Notes: generated by a model not told the origin, from the letters alone. A stretch of 64,000 nt of DNA from Treponemataceae bacterium (GCA_963678065.2 CAXXVZ010000005.1:800001-864000); one strand, 5' to 3'; shown: positions 1-12,423, numbered from the stretch's first letter. Translations and numbers: made by a program.

Positions 1-421
1 ATTCACTATGTTTTGCTAAGTATGCATCTATACTTTTGCAATAGGACTTTACCAGATTATCAACAGTATAGTTTTTCAGGAAAGCCGAATCATTTGAATG
101 ATTCTCCCCTATTCCAATAAATAGTTTTTCAGGAATAGCAATTCGGTATGTATGACCAAAATACTTTGAAATGAAGTATCCGAAATTGACTGAAATCCAT
201 TTACCTTTTTGTTTTTCTCCTAATACTGAAGCAGTTCCACTTCCTTCAAGATAAATTAGTAGGTCTTTACTGTTTGCTCCAACTTGATAAAGATGCGTTT
301 TATCATATTCTTCAATTTTCAAATTGCTATAGACGCTTTTTGTAGTAACACACGAACTAAGCAATAGAATACTCAAGATTACTGCACTAAAAACGAAGTT
401 GAGCTGTTTATATGTCTTCAT
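1..421 (-). CDS. Alpha/beta-hydrolase-fold lipoprotein, 5' part (runs off window); IS-free duplicate of 26361-28610
   Basis: Sequence matches 26880-28610 without the IS. N-terminus MKTYKQLNFVFSAVILSILLLSSC has a lipobox. Confidence 0.8.
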   Translation of the reverse strand, partial: MKTYKQLNFVFSAVILSILLLSSCVTTKSVYSNLKIEEYDKTHLYQVGANSKDLLIYLEGSGTASVLGEKQKGKWISVNFGYFISKYFGHTYRIAIPEKLFIGIGENHSNDSAFLKNYTVDNLVKSYCKSIDAYLAKHSE

Positions 422-691
422 GATTTATAAACAATTATGTATTCGAATTGTTACTACAAATTGTTCGAGCCCGACGGCCGGAGGCCCGGGTGAGACCTAA
501 AACACTTTAGCAAGGAATCAATATTTCGCCTAACGTTTGCCTGCCTACGACGTTGTGGCGAGCATCGGCGAGCCACAATGTGCCTGAGCGGAATGAGCGA
601 CAGCGAGTGCAGCGATGGCCGAAGAAGGAGCCGAAGGCGACTGATGAGCGTGGGCAGTGCTGTTAGCCGAAGTACCAAACCTCTTACATTT

Positions 692-1135
692 TTACATTAT
701 TTCTTTAAAGTCTATATGCTTATAATAAATACTATCTAGTGCCAGTTTTATTTCTTCTTTATCAAATACATTTTCCATAATCTTATTTTTTAGAATTCTC
801 TCTATCACCTGTTTCAGATTTTTGAGATCTTCTTTGACTATTTCATACACGATATACATATCAATACCCATATAATTATGTACTACTTTATTTCTGAAGT
901 TTTTTATTATCTGCCAATTGACCTCATTGTATTCACTTTTTATTTCTTTGGTTACCTTCGAAATCCCCTCTCCAATATTTGCCAACAAATTCAATGTTGC
1001 GTTAAAATTGAGTTGATCATTTTTACTATAAAAATCTTCTGGTCCACTTGTCCCTTTTGAATAGATTCCAATTTTTTCAATAGATTCCAGAATATTCAGT
1101 AAATACAACAGATCGTTTTTTTCATTCGGTAACAT
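692..1135 (-). CDS. HEPN/DUF86 (HepT-like) RNase toxin
   Basis: FRNKVVHNY (Rx4H) motif; overlaps the upstream MNT gene. Confidence 0.88.
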   Translation of the reverse strand: MLPNEKNDLLYLLNILESIEKIGIYSKGTSGPEDFYSKNDQLNFNATLNLLANIGEGISKVTKEIKSEYNEVNWQIIKNFRNKVVHNYMGIDMYIVYEIVKEDLKNLKQVIERILKNKIMENVFDKEEIKLALDSIYYKHIDFKEIM

Positions 1136-1445
1136 ACCGCATATCCTTCTGAGCCCTGTGCAGAATAATGGGATTTGCGTATTTTTTTAGTACCACATCA
1201 ATTCTAGTTTTAAACTCTTTTTCAAGTTCTGATTGAAGTTCAAGAAGTTTTTTATACTCCACAATATCTTCATCGATAAACAGGTCAATATCGTTGAATC
1301 GCTCACCGCGGGCAAATGATCCAAACACACCTATTTTCTTGAATCCATATTTCTTAAGAATGTTTTTATCACGAAGAGTCTTTTCAAATCCTTCGAACGT
1401 AGTGATGCCCATGTTCATAGTATACCCAATCACCAGAGTGGCCAC
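1122..1445 (-). CDS. Minimal nucleotidyltransferase (MntA-like) antitoxin
   Basis: GVFGSFARGE..NDIDL motif. The true start may be a downstream Met. Confidence 0.88.
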   Translation of the reverse strand: MATLVIGYTMNMGITTFEGFEKTLRDKNILKKYGFKKIGVFGSFARGERFNDIDLFIDEDIVEYKKLLELQSELEKEFKTRIDVVLKKYANPIILHRAQKDMRYVTE

Positions 1446-1659
1446 AAGATACTACAAAATCATGCATATTATTATATAGCAGTTATTTACTATATCTTGG
1501 TTTGGTATTTCGGCTAACGTTCGCCTGCCTACGACGTTGTGGCGAGCATCGGCGAGCCACAATGTGCCTGAGCGGAACGAGCGCATGCGAGTGCAGCGAT
1601 GGCCGAAGAAGGAGCCGACAGGCGACTGATGAGCGTGGGCAGTGCTGTTAGGTGAAGTG

Positions 1660-2001
1660 TTAGGGGCGACACTTCTCTACCAAATTTTCTATCTTTTTCT
1701 TAAGCTCGGGGATCTTTGAAACAGCAACGTCCCATACCAAGGAATAATCAACCGAAAAATAGCCATGTATTAGCTTGTCTCTCATCCCTGCCATATTTCT
1801 CCATTCTATTTCTTTGTTATTTAGTACTATTTCATTACTCAGGTTTTTGACTGCTTCTCCAATAATTTCCAAACATCGGGCAAAAGCCCGTTTCAATGTT
1901 TCATTTTTCAAAAACTCTTCTTTCGTTATTCCTTGCGTATGTTCTACCATAAAATCCATTTCATCTTGTATATGGAAAAGTAATTCTATGTCAGAACGCA
2001 T
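1660..2001 (-). CDS. HEPN/DUF86 toxin
   Basis: LEIIGEA and GMRDKLIHGY motifs. Confidence 0.92.
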   Translation of the reverse strand: MRSDIELLFHIQDEMDFMVEHTQGITKEEFLKNETLKRAFARCLEIIGEAVKNLSNEIVLNNKEIEWRNMAGMRDKLIHGYFSVDYSLVWDVAVSKIPELKKKIENLVEKCRP

Positions 2002-2296
2002 AATATTCTACCTCATTCAATATATGAGGTCCAATATACGGACTCAATGATTCTGGTGTTATCACATCCACTTTTCTATTCGTATTATCCTCTATAAAAT
2101 ACGTTAATCCTATATAGTTATCATAATTCTTCTTTTCAGGATCAAATTCCACAAGAAGATCTATATCACTTTTTTCTTTTTGGTCATTTCTGACAAAAGA
2201 GCCAAATAGACCGATCTTAGTAACTCCATATCTTTTAATGAGATATTTATTGTCGATGAAAAAGTCTATCAAGTCTTTTTTTGTTGCTACAGTCAT
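1991..2296 (-). CDS. Minimal nucleotidyltransferase antitoxin
   Basis: GLFGSFVRNDQ..SDIDLLVEF motif. Confidence 0.92.
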   Translation of the reverse strand: MTVATKKDLIDFFIDNKYLIKRYGVTKIGLFGSFVRNDQKEKSDIDLLVEFDPEKKNYDNYIGLTYFIEDNTNRKVDVITPESLSPYIGPHILNEVEYYAF

Positions 2297-2600
2297 GATA
2301 ATCCGTATTCTAGCCTAGATTTTCCAGAAAGACAAACCCTTTACTCCACGATCTTCGCCCCTAACATTTCACCTAACGTTTGTGCCTACGACGTTTTGGC
2401 CCGCATCGGCGGGACAAAATGTGCCTGAATGGAACGAGCGTATGCGAGTGGAATGAAGGCCGAAGAAGGAGCCACAGGCGACTGATGAGCGTGGGCACGG
2501 TGTTATCTGATTTTTGAACGCGCTCTTCTCTTCCATCTTCCCATTTTTAAAACTTTTCTTCCTCTTCATTTCTTCATTTTAAAATTTTGAATTCCTATCT

Positions 2601-3146
2601 TCATTTCCTATTTTTAACCCATTCTTCTTTTATAATTCCAAATACCATATCGTCTTTCCATTCATTTTGTATCAAAATACTTTTTACAAAGTATCCTTCA
2701 TTTCTGAACCCAAGATCTTTCAATAATCGTATTGACGATGTATTTTCAGGATCCACCGATGTAATAACCCTATGTTTTTTCATTGATGTAAATATATAGT
2801 CAATTATTGCCTCAACTGATTCTTTCCCGAATCCCTTATGTTGATCCTTTCTCCCTATTGTATACCCAATCTCACATTGTTGATTTTCCGGATCCAAGAA
2901 ATGAATTCCAATATCCCCAATAATTGTATCTTCACAATAGATTCCAATTTGAAACCATGTATTCACAACATTGAAGAATAGAGAATTATTTTTAATAAAT
3001 ATTTTGACATCATCGATAGTCGTAGGTTTGAAGGACTGAAACTCCATAATTGAAGGATCAGATCGGTATTCAAACATTTTCAGAGAATCTTCCAGAACAA
3101 TATCTTTCAAAACCAAACGATTTGTTCGAATGTTAATATAACCCAT
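2601..3146 (-). CDS. GNAT N-acetyltransferase (RimJ/RimL type), copy 1
   Basis: CEIGY, QHKGFG and N..S..LL..LGF..EG motifs. True ATG is at 3146; the longer ORF start lies inside the ISL3. Confidence 0.9.
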   Translation of the reverse strand: MGYINIRTNRLVLKDIVLEDSLKMFEYRSDPSIMEFQSFKPTTIDDVKIFIKNNSLFFNVVNTWFQIGIYCEDTIIGDIGIHFLDPENQQCEIGYTIGRKDQHKGFGKESVEAIIDYIFTSMKKHRVITSVDPENTSSIRLLKDLGFRNEGYFVKSILIQNEWKDDMVFGIIKEEWVKNRK

Positions 3147-3157
3147 TGTCTTTTTCC

Positions 3158-4431
3158 GGCTCTTCGCTGTTTCATGTGGGTAACTGCCCCAGTTTACCGG
3201 CGACAATGTAGGTCATGATCTTGAGATTTTTGATAGTTCGGAATCCTCTGGCTCTGGTCTTTGCTGACTGAATCAGACTATTCAACGATTCAAGAAGCCC
3301 ATTTGTCACTCCGGATGTAAGCCACCGAACGACTCCATTCCAGTGTCGTTTGAGCATCGCAGCAAAATTGATGATTGGGGTAAGCTGTGATCGTGTTGCC
3401 CATACTCTCCATTTTTTAAGTTCTTCTATGGCTCGAGAAGCCGAGAATTCGAAAAGTCCCTTGAAAATGTTCATCATTCGCCATGCTCGCCCTGTTTTTA
3501 ACTGTAATCCTGACAAGGTGTTGAGACGGGCCAAATTCTTAACCGACAGATTGTAGGGGTTGCTCAACCAGACATATTTCGAACCTCTGAGTACCGTTTC
3601 CATCGTTGATTCTTCTTTCCGCACGTCGTTGACTGCTTCACCCAGAAGCTTCATGACATGAAACCGATCAAACGTGAGAGCAGCCTGGGGAAGATGCTCT
3701 TCGATCCCGGACATGAACGCCGGCGACATATCGGTACAGACCGTCCGTGATAGCAGTTTTCGAGCCTCCATGGGCTTCCAGATGCTCTGTAAAGGCTTTT
3801 ATAGTGGATGCATCCTTGCCTTCGGTCACATATATGGCTTTCCCTGTATCGAGATCGGCCACAACGGTGATGTATGAGTGTCCGCGTTTGGCTGCTGTTT
3901 CGTCGATTCCGATTCGTGTGGTTTTCGATAAATCTTGTGTAGCCACGTCTTCGGAAACATAATGGTCCATAATTCGCCACACTCGCGTATCGGTGGTAGC
4001 TGTCAGTCTGGAAACTGCCTTGACGCTCATTTCCTTGACCATGATCATCATGAGGGCTTCGTACAGCAGGGTAAATCCCGATCCTTTACGCGCCCACGGG
4101 ATATCAATCAGATGAACGCCATGCTCAGGACAGTCTATCCGCGGAACTCGTGCATGCAGATAGGCTTCATGCTGGAAAAAATTGAGGTGACGCCATGTTT
4201 TGGGCATCGTATCGTAGGCTGTACCCTTGTAATCGCAGGAAAAACACGGAAAACGACTCCCGGGCTTGAACCCAAGCTGTATATCAAGCCGATGTTCTGT
4301 TGGTTTGAACTCTATGTTCTCAACAATCCAGGGTTCAGATAATCCAAGCGCAAGGGCGAATAGTTCTACGTCTTTCATGCTGCTCATCCTACCATGCTTC
4401 CTTGGTTACCCACACGATTCGTTGAAGAGCC
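3158..4431 (-). mobile_element. ISL3-family IS (1274 bp), transposase frameshifted
   Basis: GGCTCTTC...GAAGAGCC ends and 8-bp target duplication CTTTTTCC. ORFs 3668-4387 and 3172-3771 carry a CxxC finger, GIDE, DMS, FDRFHV and KxxARGFR. Confidence 0.93.
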
Positions 4432-4588
4432 CTTTTTCCTGATCTCGCGCGTTCAAATTTCAGATAACGTTTTGTGCCTACGACGTTTTGGCCCGCATCG
4501 GCGGGACAAAATGTGCCTGAGTGAAGTGAGCGCATGCGAGCGCAACGAAGGCCGAAGAGCCCGAACGGGCGATGAGCGTGGGCACGGT

Positions 4589-4726
4589 GTTAGCTACAGT
4601 CGTGTTCTTCAGCGCGCTTTGATTTTCGGACTGGATGTCCGAAAATCAAATCAGTGACATCTTGCGCGCCTCTTACTCTTCTCTTAACCCTTATTTCTTT
4701 CTTCTCTTTACACGATTGTAGCTAAC
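4589..4726. other. Gene-less structured mini-cassette, family B (1 copy)
   Basis: 17-bp terminal IR, GCGCGC stem, perfect 14-bp hairpin tttgattttcggac-tggat-gtccgaaaatcaaa, pyrimidine tract. Confidence 0.88.
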
Positions 4727-4852
4727 GTTCTGCCTGTTTGCGACGATGGCGTGAGCATCGGCGAACGCCATTGTGCCTGAGCGGAATGAGCGTTAGCGAG
4801 TGCAGCGAATGGCCGAAGAGGGAGCTTGCGACCGATGAGCGTGAACAGCGCT

Positions 4853-4986
4853 GTTAGTTGCAGTCGTGACCTTCGAGCGCGCTTGGATGGGGAGACTTGT
4901 CTCCTCATCCAATACTCTATCTTGCGCGCGTTCTTCTCTTCCTCTTCTCTTAACCCTTATTTTTTTCTTTCACGATTGCAACTAAC
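4853..4986. repeat. Gene-less structured mini-cassette, family A (1 of 18)
   Basis: gttagttgcagtcgtga...tcacgattgcaactaac with an internal ttggatggggagac/gtctccYcatccaa hairpin. Confidence 0.92.
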
Positions 4987-5543
4987 GTTCGCCTGCCTAC
5001 GACGTTGTGGCGAGCATCGGCGAGCCACAATGTGCCTGAATGGAACGAGCGTGAGCGAGTGCAATGAAGGCCGAAGAAGGAGCCGACAGGCGACTGATGA
5101 GCGTGGGCAGTGCTGTTATATGCTGTACGCCGCCATCTTCAACCTTTTCCATTTTTCTTTCTCTTCACTGCTTCATACGTTCCTTTTTTTGGGTTTCCTA
5201 TTGTTTTTATTGATCTATTCAATACTCGCAAAGCTATTTTTTTACCATTTCAAAATCATTTTTTTGCCGTACATATTTGCTACTATACCTAAGGACATTT
5301 TACATGCCATGCTTCAACTTCATTATGCCATTACGATTATACTGAGATCGTATTCCTAACCATGACAAAATGGAATATTTTGAGTATGCATATTTTTTCT
5401 ATTCCACAATTCTTATTCATGGACTTATGATTCACTATTCTGAACCTCTTATTTTTTGTCAGTACCCCAGATTCACCGTTACTGCATTTATTCCCGTACT
5501 ATGATACTTTTTATTAATGACGGTACAATGGTAATTGTTCCCT

Positions 5544-5879
5544 CTATACCTTGTTTCGTTTCACTTTTTTGGGCTTCGGTTCGGGTAATTCATTGGCGGT
5601 TATCAGTATCAAATCTCGTATCCATTCCCTATCGTCAAATTTGTCTTTTATCAGAAAACTCATTCGTGCTCCTACATATGCAGGAGCTTCCGTTACATCC
5701 CCAATATAGGATCTCCCTTTTTCGGTAGGTTTTACATACAGTTGATTATCACAGATAAGGGCTACTACTTTACCATTACAATACAGTGCATATTCTCCAA
5801 ACATTTTTCGGTAGGTAATTGTCCCAGCACTTTCTATTTGATCAACAATATACTCAACAAAGTCTTGATCAGATGACAT
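5544..5879 (-). CDS. TfoX/Sxy N-terminal domain protein
   Basis: RKMFGEYALY..GKVVALICDNQLYVK motif. Confidence 0.9.
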   Translation of the reverse strand: MSSDQDFVEYIVDQIESAGTITYRKMFGEYALYCNGKVVALICDNQLYVKPTEKGRSYIGDVTEAPAYVGARMSFLIKDKFDDREWIRDLILITANELPEPKPKKVKRNKV

Positions 5880-6110
5880 TGGTATCCTCTCTTTTCTTTG
5901 GCGGCGTATTGCATATAACGTTTCCGGCCTGCGACGTTTGCGACCGCATCGGCGGGCCGCAAATGTGCCTGAATGGAACGAGCGTATGCGAGTGCAATGA
6001 AGGCCGAAGAAGGAGCCAAAGGCGACTGATGAGCGTGGGCCGTGTTGTTATCTGATGTTTGAACGCGCTCTCCTCTTCAATCTTCCCATTTTTAAAACCT
6101 TTCTTACTCT

Positions 6111-6692
6111 TCATTTCTTCATTTCAAAATTTTCAATTCCTATCTTCATTTCCTTATTTTTAACCCATTCTTCTTCCAAAATTCCAAATACCATATCGTC
6201 TTTCCACTCATTTTGTATCAAAATACTTTTTACAAAATATCCCTCATTTCTGAACCCAAGATTTTTCAATAATCGTATTGATGCTGTATTGTCTGGATCT
6301 ACTGACGCAATAACCCTGTGTTTTTTCAATGATATAAATATATAGTCAATTAGTGCTTGAACGGATTCTTTCCCAAATCCCTTATGGTGATCCTTTTTCC
6401 CTATTGTATAACCAATTTCACATTGTTGATTTTCTGGATCTATAAAATGAATCCCACTATCTCCAATAATTGTATCTTCATAATAGATCCCAAGCTGAAA
6501 CCAGGTATTTCCAACATTGAAGAATAATGTGTTATTTTTAATGAATGATTCCACATCATCAATGGATGTAGGTTTGAAGGACTGAAACTCCATAATTGAA
6601 GGGTCAGATCGGTATTCAAACATTTTCAGAGAATCTTCCAGAACTATATCTTTCAAAACCAAACGGTTAGTCCGAATGATAATATAACTCAT
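6111..6692 (-). CDS. GNAT N-acetyltransferase (RimJ/RimL type), copy 2
   Basis: Close paralog of 2601-3146. Confidence 0.9.
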   Translation of the reverse strand: MSYIIIRTNRLVLKDIVLEDSLKMFEYRSDPSIMEFQSFKPTSIDDVESFIKNNTLFFNVGNTWFQLGIYYEDTIIGDSGIHFIDPENQQCEIGYTIGKKDHHKGFGKESVQALIDYIFISLKKHRVIASVDPDNTASIRLLKNLGFRNEGYFVKSILIQNEWKDDMVFGILEEEWVKNKEMKIGIENFEMKK

Positions 6693-6910
6693 TGTCTTTT
6701 CCCTGATCTCGCGCGTTCAAATTTCAGATAACGTTTGCCTGCCTACGACGTTTTGGCCCGCATCGGCGGGACAAAATGTGCCTGAGCGGAATGAGCGCAA
6801 GCGAGTGAAGCGAATGGCCGAAGAAGGAGCCGAAGGCGACTGATGAGCGCGGGCAGCGCTGTTAGCCGAAGTACCTTGGTTTCAAGGTAGTATGCCGGTT
6901 TTTAACGTTA

Positions 6911-9214
6911 TTAATTTGTTAAATCCAGCAAGGATAAGTCATATTTTGCTAATGCACTATAATAACTCATTCTTCCACTTTTTCTATATTCAGTATCATC
7001 TTCAAAAATATCATCATATATTTGCATATAAATATTTTTCTCTTTTTTGACACCAATTTTTTGATAATAATCAGCATAATATTTTACACGAATTAAATAT
7101 TCACTACCTAATTCATTATAGATATTACCAAGATCTTGAATATTTATTGCCAATACAGCAAGATTTGATAAATTTGTTTTTCCATCTGTAGCACTTTCAA
7201 GCAAATATTCTTTAAACTGTTTCGTATTACTTGTTTTACTATAATATGGTTCCATATTTTTAATAACTTTCCCTAAGTTTGTTTTAAAATCTTTAGCGAT
7301 ATTTATCCTAATTAAAATATCATCATATGCTTGCCTAGATAATGAGATATGCTCAATTGTTTTTGATTTCGATATTTCATTAAAAACTAACTTCGCTAAA
7401 CTACCAATTGCTGCAGGTAAAAATTGTACTAATACATCATTTTGAGTATACGCCTTATCAGCATTATTAAAAAGAGGGAGAATTAAACTTGTAGCGCTGC
7501 CAATTAGCAATGAAACATCACCTAATCTATCGTAATTATTTCTTATTAATTCACGAGGCTCTTTCAAAAGTCATGAGATGAACGAATTTTAATGAAAAGC
7601 GGGGACAGAACCTGTATGATGATGTTGCAACACAAACGTCACCAGGAGGAGCCCCCGCTGATGAAAACCATACCAGAAATACTGGGCGGAGCGCAAATAC
7701 TTTTGCCGATTTCCTACGATATCCAGCGATGTTTCGAAGAATATCTCACCGACGAGCATCGCTTTTTTATCGCCCTGCTCAGAGTCATTGAAGATGCTCA
7801 GCCACGGATTACATCACCATGTGCACGGACTGGCCGTCCTCCACATCGGAACGAACCGATCATGCGGGCGTTTTTCGCCCGAACGGTATTCCACATAGCG
7901 ACAGTCACGGACCTTAGGAACAGGCTGATCAACGATCCGAATCTGCGGAGGATATGCGGCTTCACCTCCGTTCCAAGCTCTGCGACCTTTTCGCGTCGCT
8001 ACGCGGAGTTTTCAAAAAAGACTCCGCTGATTCAGACTTTGAATACCATGGTGAAGGATTGTCATGACGGCCATATCGTCGGACACATAAATCGGGATGC
8101 GACGGAGATACGAGCACGAGAAAAACCTGTACCTGCCAAACGTGAAGCTGTTTCTTCCGTGACACCGCAACGGAAACGAGGTCGTCCCCGAAAAGGAGAA
8201 GTTCGGCCTGTGAAGGAGCCGACACAGATAGAAAAGCAAGTCGGCCAAAGCGTCAGGAAATCCTTGTCAGAACTATCCAAAGACTGTGCATGGGGATGCA
8301 AGAAGAACAGCCAGGGGAATAGGGAAACATGGAAAGGATACAAGTTGCACCTTGATGTCAGCGACACAGGATTCCCTATTTCAGCAGTCGTAACCGGCGC
8401 CAATGTTCATGATTCGCAAGTAGCGATTCCTCTGGAAAAGATAACAGAGAAAAAGGTCCGACATCTGTATTCAGTCATGGACGCTGCATACGATGCGGAT
8501 CCCATCGCGACCTATATCCAGGGACGTGGGCGTGTTCCGCTGATTGATCGGAATACGCGTCGTGGGACGGAACGGGAACCATTTTCGCCGTCACAGAAGG
8601 AGCGGTACACAATCAGGACAACGGTTGAACGTGCAAACTCGCATTTGAAGGATTGGCTCATACCGGGTCAGATATTTGTACGGGGATTTGAGAAAGTATC
8701 ATTCCTGCTCATGTGCGGGGTAGTGGTTCTGGCGGCCGTCAAGGCTTTGCAGTACTTCATCCTTCCCGAACTGCAGAAATCGTAACCGGGCAATCCGGCA
8801 GAACCGGATTTTGTAGGGGTAGTCCATCTTTTGCACTGAAAAGAGAGCCCTTTTTACTGCACATGTAATTTTTACTGTGCAAAAACGAAGCTTCAGTTAC
8901 AATAACTCGCTTTTTTACAAAGCGGATTACGAAGTTTTGAAAAAGCCTCTCACTATTAAATATATTGAGCTCTTTATTTAGAGCTATTTCGTAAGAGCCA
9001 TATCGAAAACCATCGTAAACTCCAACGAGGTAATTATTAGTATTAGTTATTAAATCTTTTAATAACTCAATTTTTTCTCCTTTCGCTTTTGCATTTCTTG
9101 CCAAATCGAACCACTCACTATACGATTGTACATTTGAAAATTTTATTTTTGGAAATGTTGTTGGAATAACATTTTCAGAAACTATTGTAAAACAAAATAA
9201 GAACAACATAGTAG
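6911..9214 (-). pseudogene. Hypothetical exported protein, interrupted by an IS5/IS1182-like element and 5'-truncated by IS1634
   Basis: Removing 7555-8949 and one TCAC rejoins ...IFNSE/LIRNNYD... in frame. The remaining N-terminus abuts the IS1634 end. Confidence 0.75.
7555..8949 (+). mobile_element. IS5/IS1182-like DDE IS (1395 bp), copy 1; transposase 7592-8785
   Basis: TIR GAGGCTCTTTCAAAA / TTTTGAAAAAGCCTC and TSD TCAC. Motifs DAT, GYKLHL, DAAYD and RTTVER. The exact family is uncertain. Confidence 0.9.
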
Positions 9215-10966
9215 CCTGAAATCCCGGGAATAATTTAACCTACAAGACATTTTACGCATAGAACAGAAATAATTCCCACTATTATCACGACATACATAGT
9301 GACAGGTCCTTCAGGTGTAGGCATAATGTGTTTAACCTACACAAAGAGGGACTGCCATGTCATGCATAGTCCACCAGAAAGTCGGTCAGCACACCTACCT
9401 GTATGAGTCAGTCTCCTACCGTGATGAACGGGGTAAGCCACGGGCGCATCGGGTTCCCATCGGAAAAGTAGACCCGGAAACGGGACAGGAAATCTACAAG
9501 CAGGAATACGTGTCGCGTATGGCAGCAGCGGGAACTCCGATCGCTGTCTATTCGCCACCACCGACTTTCACAGAACAGGATGTGCAAAAATCCTCAGTCC
9601 TGCATACCGGCATGGCCCTTTTGCTGAAGCAGTGTGCACAACAAACCGGACTTTCCGAAGTTTTGCGCGATGCATTCCCCCAGACACACGAACTTTTATT
9701 TGCACGTGCCTGCCACATCGTCTGCCGCGGGGAACCGTCCGCATATTGCGAGCAGTGGCTGGAAGACACCGACCTCACGGTTCCCGCCCGGCTCAGCTCG
9801 CAACGGATTTCGGATCTTGTGTCTTCACTGCCAGCATCCCAGGTTCTGCGGTTTTATCAGGCGTGGGTCGCCACGCGCAGTGAACAGGAATATCTGGCAC
9901 TGGATATCACCAGCATCTCGTCGTATTCACAGCTCATCGACGATGTCGACTGGGGGTACAATCGCGATCAGGAAAAACTGCCACAGGTGAATATCTGTCT
10001 GCTCACCGGGGAAGAGTCACACCTTCCCGTGCGCATGGTTGTCTATGACGGAAGCATCAAGGACGTGAACACCCTGAGAACGACGATGGCCGGTCTCACC
10101 GACGGTATCGGATCAAAGGTTCGCATCGTCACCGACAAGGGCTTCACCAGCAAACGGAATATCGAAGCCATGCTCGCGTTCGGGAATGTGGAGTTCATCA
10201 TGGCCCTCCCGTTCACGCTCACCTTTGCGGAAAACCAGGTGCGCAGCGAGAAAAAGGATATCGCGGATATCCGGAATACCATGATGAGCGGCAGCGATGT
10301 CTTCTATGGCGTGACCAAGCGGCGTACATGGGGCACAACGGAGCTGTATACCCACATCTGCTATAACGAGGTGAAAGCGACTCGTGAACGGAACCATCTG
10401 TATGGCTATGTCGCGAACCTGCGATCGCAGGCGCTGTGCGACCCGTGGAACGAGAAACTGAAAGCCGAGTTTGCAGAATATCTCATCATCAGAAAATCGG
10501 AGAAGCGAGAGGATGGAGTCACGGTCAGTATCCGCCAGGATGTGGTGGACGAGCATCTGGCTCATGCCGGGTGGATGGTGTGCGTGAGCAATTCCGTGGA
10601 TACCGTGCAGGAAGCGATCAGGATCTACCGGGCAAAGGATGTGGTGGAAAAAAGCTTTCTGCGCACCAAAAACAGCCTGGGTATCAACCGGCTACGGGTA
10701 CATTCCCAGCAAGCGATGGATGGAATGATGCTGGTAGCCTTCATCGCATTGATTCTCAACAGTCATATCCATCGGATCATGCTGGAGAAAAACCTGTACC
10801 GGAACATGAGCATGACGGATCTGGTGAAGACGATGGAGAAACTCAAGGTCATGGTCATCGGTGATACGCGAATCAATTATCCTGCTACCAAGAAGCAAAA
10901 AGAGATCGCAGAGGCTTTCGGTCTCACGAGCCTTTCTGTAGGTTAAATAATGGGCGGGATTTTAGG
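9215..10966 (+). mobile_element. IS1634-family IS; transposase 9357-10946
   Basis: 529 aa with YLYES.SYRD N-terminus, LDITS, GYNRD, TDKGF and VEKSF..K. TIR CCTGAAATCCCG / CGGGATTTTAGG. No TSD. Confidence 0.88.
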
Positions 10967-11291
10967 TATATAGTATTCTTTCATCTTTCTCTTTAAAATT
11001 CCTAAAACCCTTATTCTTCAATTCTTCTACCATTTTTCCAAGATCTTTTACCATAAAGCACATATGCTGTATTCCCATTTCATTCTTTTCATGGTTTACG
11101 TTTTCATATCCTGCTTTAGGAGTTTGTAATTCAATAATGATATCATTGAGTTTCAGCCATGTAGTATACTCTCTTCCATGAAATCCTTTCGTTTCATGTA
11201 GAATCATAAACCCCAATAATCCACAATAGAATTCTATACTCTCATTATATCTATCAGTTTCTATACACACATGATGAAACGATTGAATCAT
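10967..11291 (-). pseudogene. VOC/glyoxalase family protein, 3'-truncated by IS1634
   Basis: HHVCI, FY..LLGF, IIELQ and GIQHMCF motifs. The final strand (DPDG..E) is missing. Confidence 0.8.
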
Positions 11292-11891
11292 CCAGTATTC
11301 CTTATTCAAACCCAGTATTTCAGAAAAGCACACCATTTCAAACAGATCATTTCAGTAGTACAGTGGCTACAACATTTTTTTGCAGCAACTATTCAAAAAT
11401 CACTATGTTATTTTTTACATAGTACCACCATATAAAAATCAGCTACCAGGTACTCCAGAGAGCCGCCCCCAAAATATTGCACCTAACGTTCGCCTGCCTA
11501 CGACGTTGTGGCGAGCATCGGCGAGCCACAATGTGCCTGAGCGGAATGAGCGTTAGCGAGTGCAGCGATGGCCGAAGAAGGAGCCGCAGGCGACTGATGA
11601 GCGTGGGCAGTGCTGTTATCTGCTTTTCGCCCCCTCTTCAAACCTTTTTACCTTCTCTTTATCTTCCTCTTTTCTTCACCTTTTGTACATTTGTTTTCAT
11701 CTCTATTCCGTATATGATTTTATATCTATTCCCACAGTATTTAAAATATTATTCATAATATTTTTGTTATTATCTATAAATTCCATATTCCATTTTCTAC
11801 AACTCTTTTCAATTTTCTTTACCTTTGGAAATTTCTTATTATTTTACTTTATTTCTATTTAATATCAATAATTATTACCTATAGTATCTAT

Positions 11892-11920
11892 TTGACAAAC
11901 AGTTCTACTATATTTATACT
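11892..11920 (+). promoter_or_regulatory. Sigma70-type promoter of brnTA
   Basis: TTGACA-17-TATACT directly upstream of the toxin gene. Confidence 0.8.
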
Positions 11921-11926
11921 ATAATT

Positions 11927-12217
11927 ATGATGCCACTACGGTTTTCATGGGATGAATCAAAAAATACGATCAACATCTCAAAACACAACATTCCATTTGA
12001 TGAAGCCCAATCCGTATTCCATGATCCATATGCCAGAATCATTCCTGATCCAGAACATTCAGATCAAGAAGATCGTTTCATACTGTTAGGTTTGAGTCAG
12101 AAGCTCAGACTCTTGCTTGTCTGTCATTGTTATCGTTCTGATGACGACATCATCAGGATCATTTCTGCCAGAAAAGCATCAAAGACGGAATCAGTATATT
12201 ATGGAGGACCGCTATGA
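11927..12217 (+). CDS. brnT: BrnT family toxin (inverted in cassette)
   Basis: FSWDESKN..N..KH.I.F, EDRF and IRIISARKA motifs. Confidence 0.92.
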   Translation: MMPLRFSWDESKNTINISKHNIPFDEAQSVFHDPYARIIPDPEHSDQEDRFILLGLSQKLRLLLVCHCYRSDDDIIRIISARKASKTESVYYGGPL

Positions 12218-12423
12218 AAACTGAATACGATTTTTCCCAATCAAAACCCAATCCGTATATAAAGAAACTCAGAAAACAGATCACCATCAGAATTGATGTA
12301 GAGACGATTGAGTATTTCAAGAAGCAGGCTGAAACCACAGGGATTCCCTATCAAAACCTGATAAATCTCTATCTGTATGATTGTGCTTCGAAATCTAAAA
12401 AACTTGATCTTGCCTGGAAGTGA
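12214..12423 (+). CDS. brnA: BrnA family antitoxin
   Basis: EYDFS and ITIRID...IEYFK..A...GIPYQ..IN motifs; 4-bp overlap with brnT. Confidence 0.9.
   Translation: MKTEYDFSQSKPNPYIKKLRKQITIRIDVETIEYFKKQAETTGIPYQNLINLYLYDCASKSKKLDLAWK

Noticed and set aside
4853..4986. Mini-cassette as a promoter cassette or intrinsic terminator
   Set aside because: I find no convincing -35/-10 pair at proper spacing, and the hairpin is not directly followed by a U-run on the gene-sense strand. It is not excluded experimentally.
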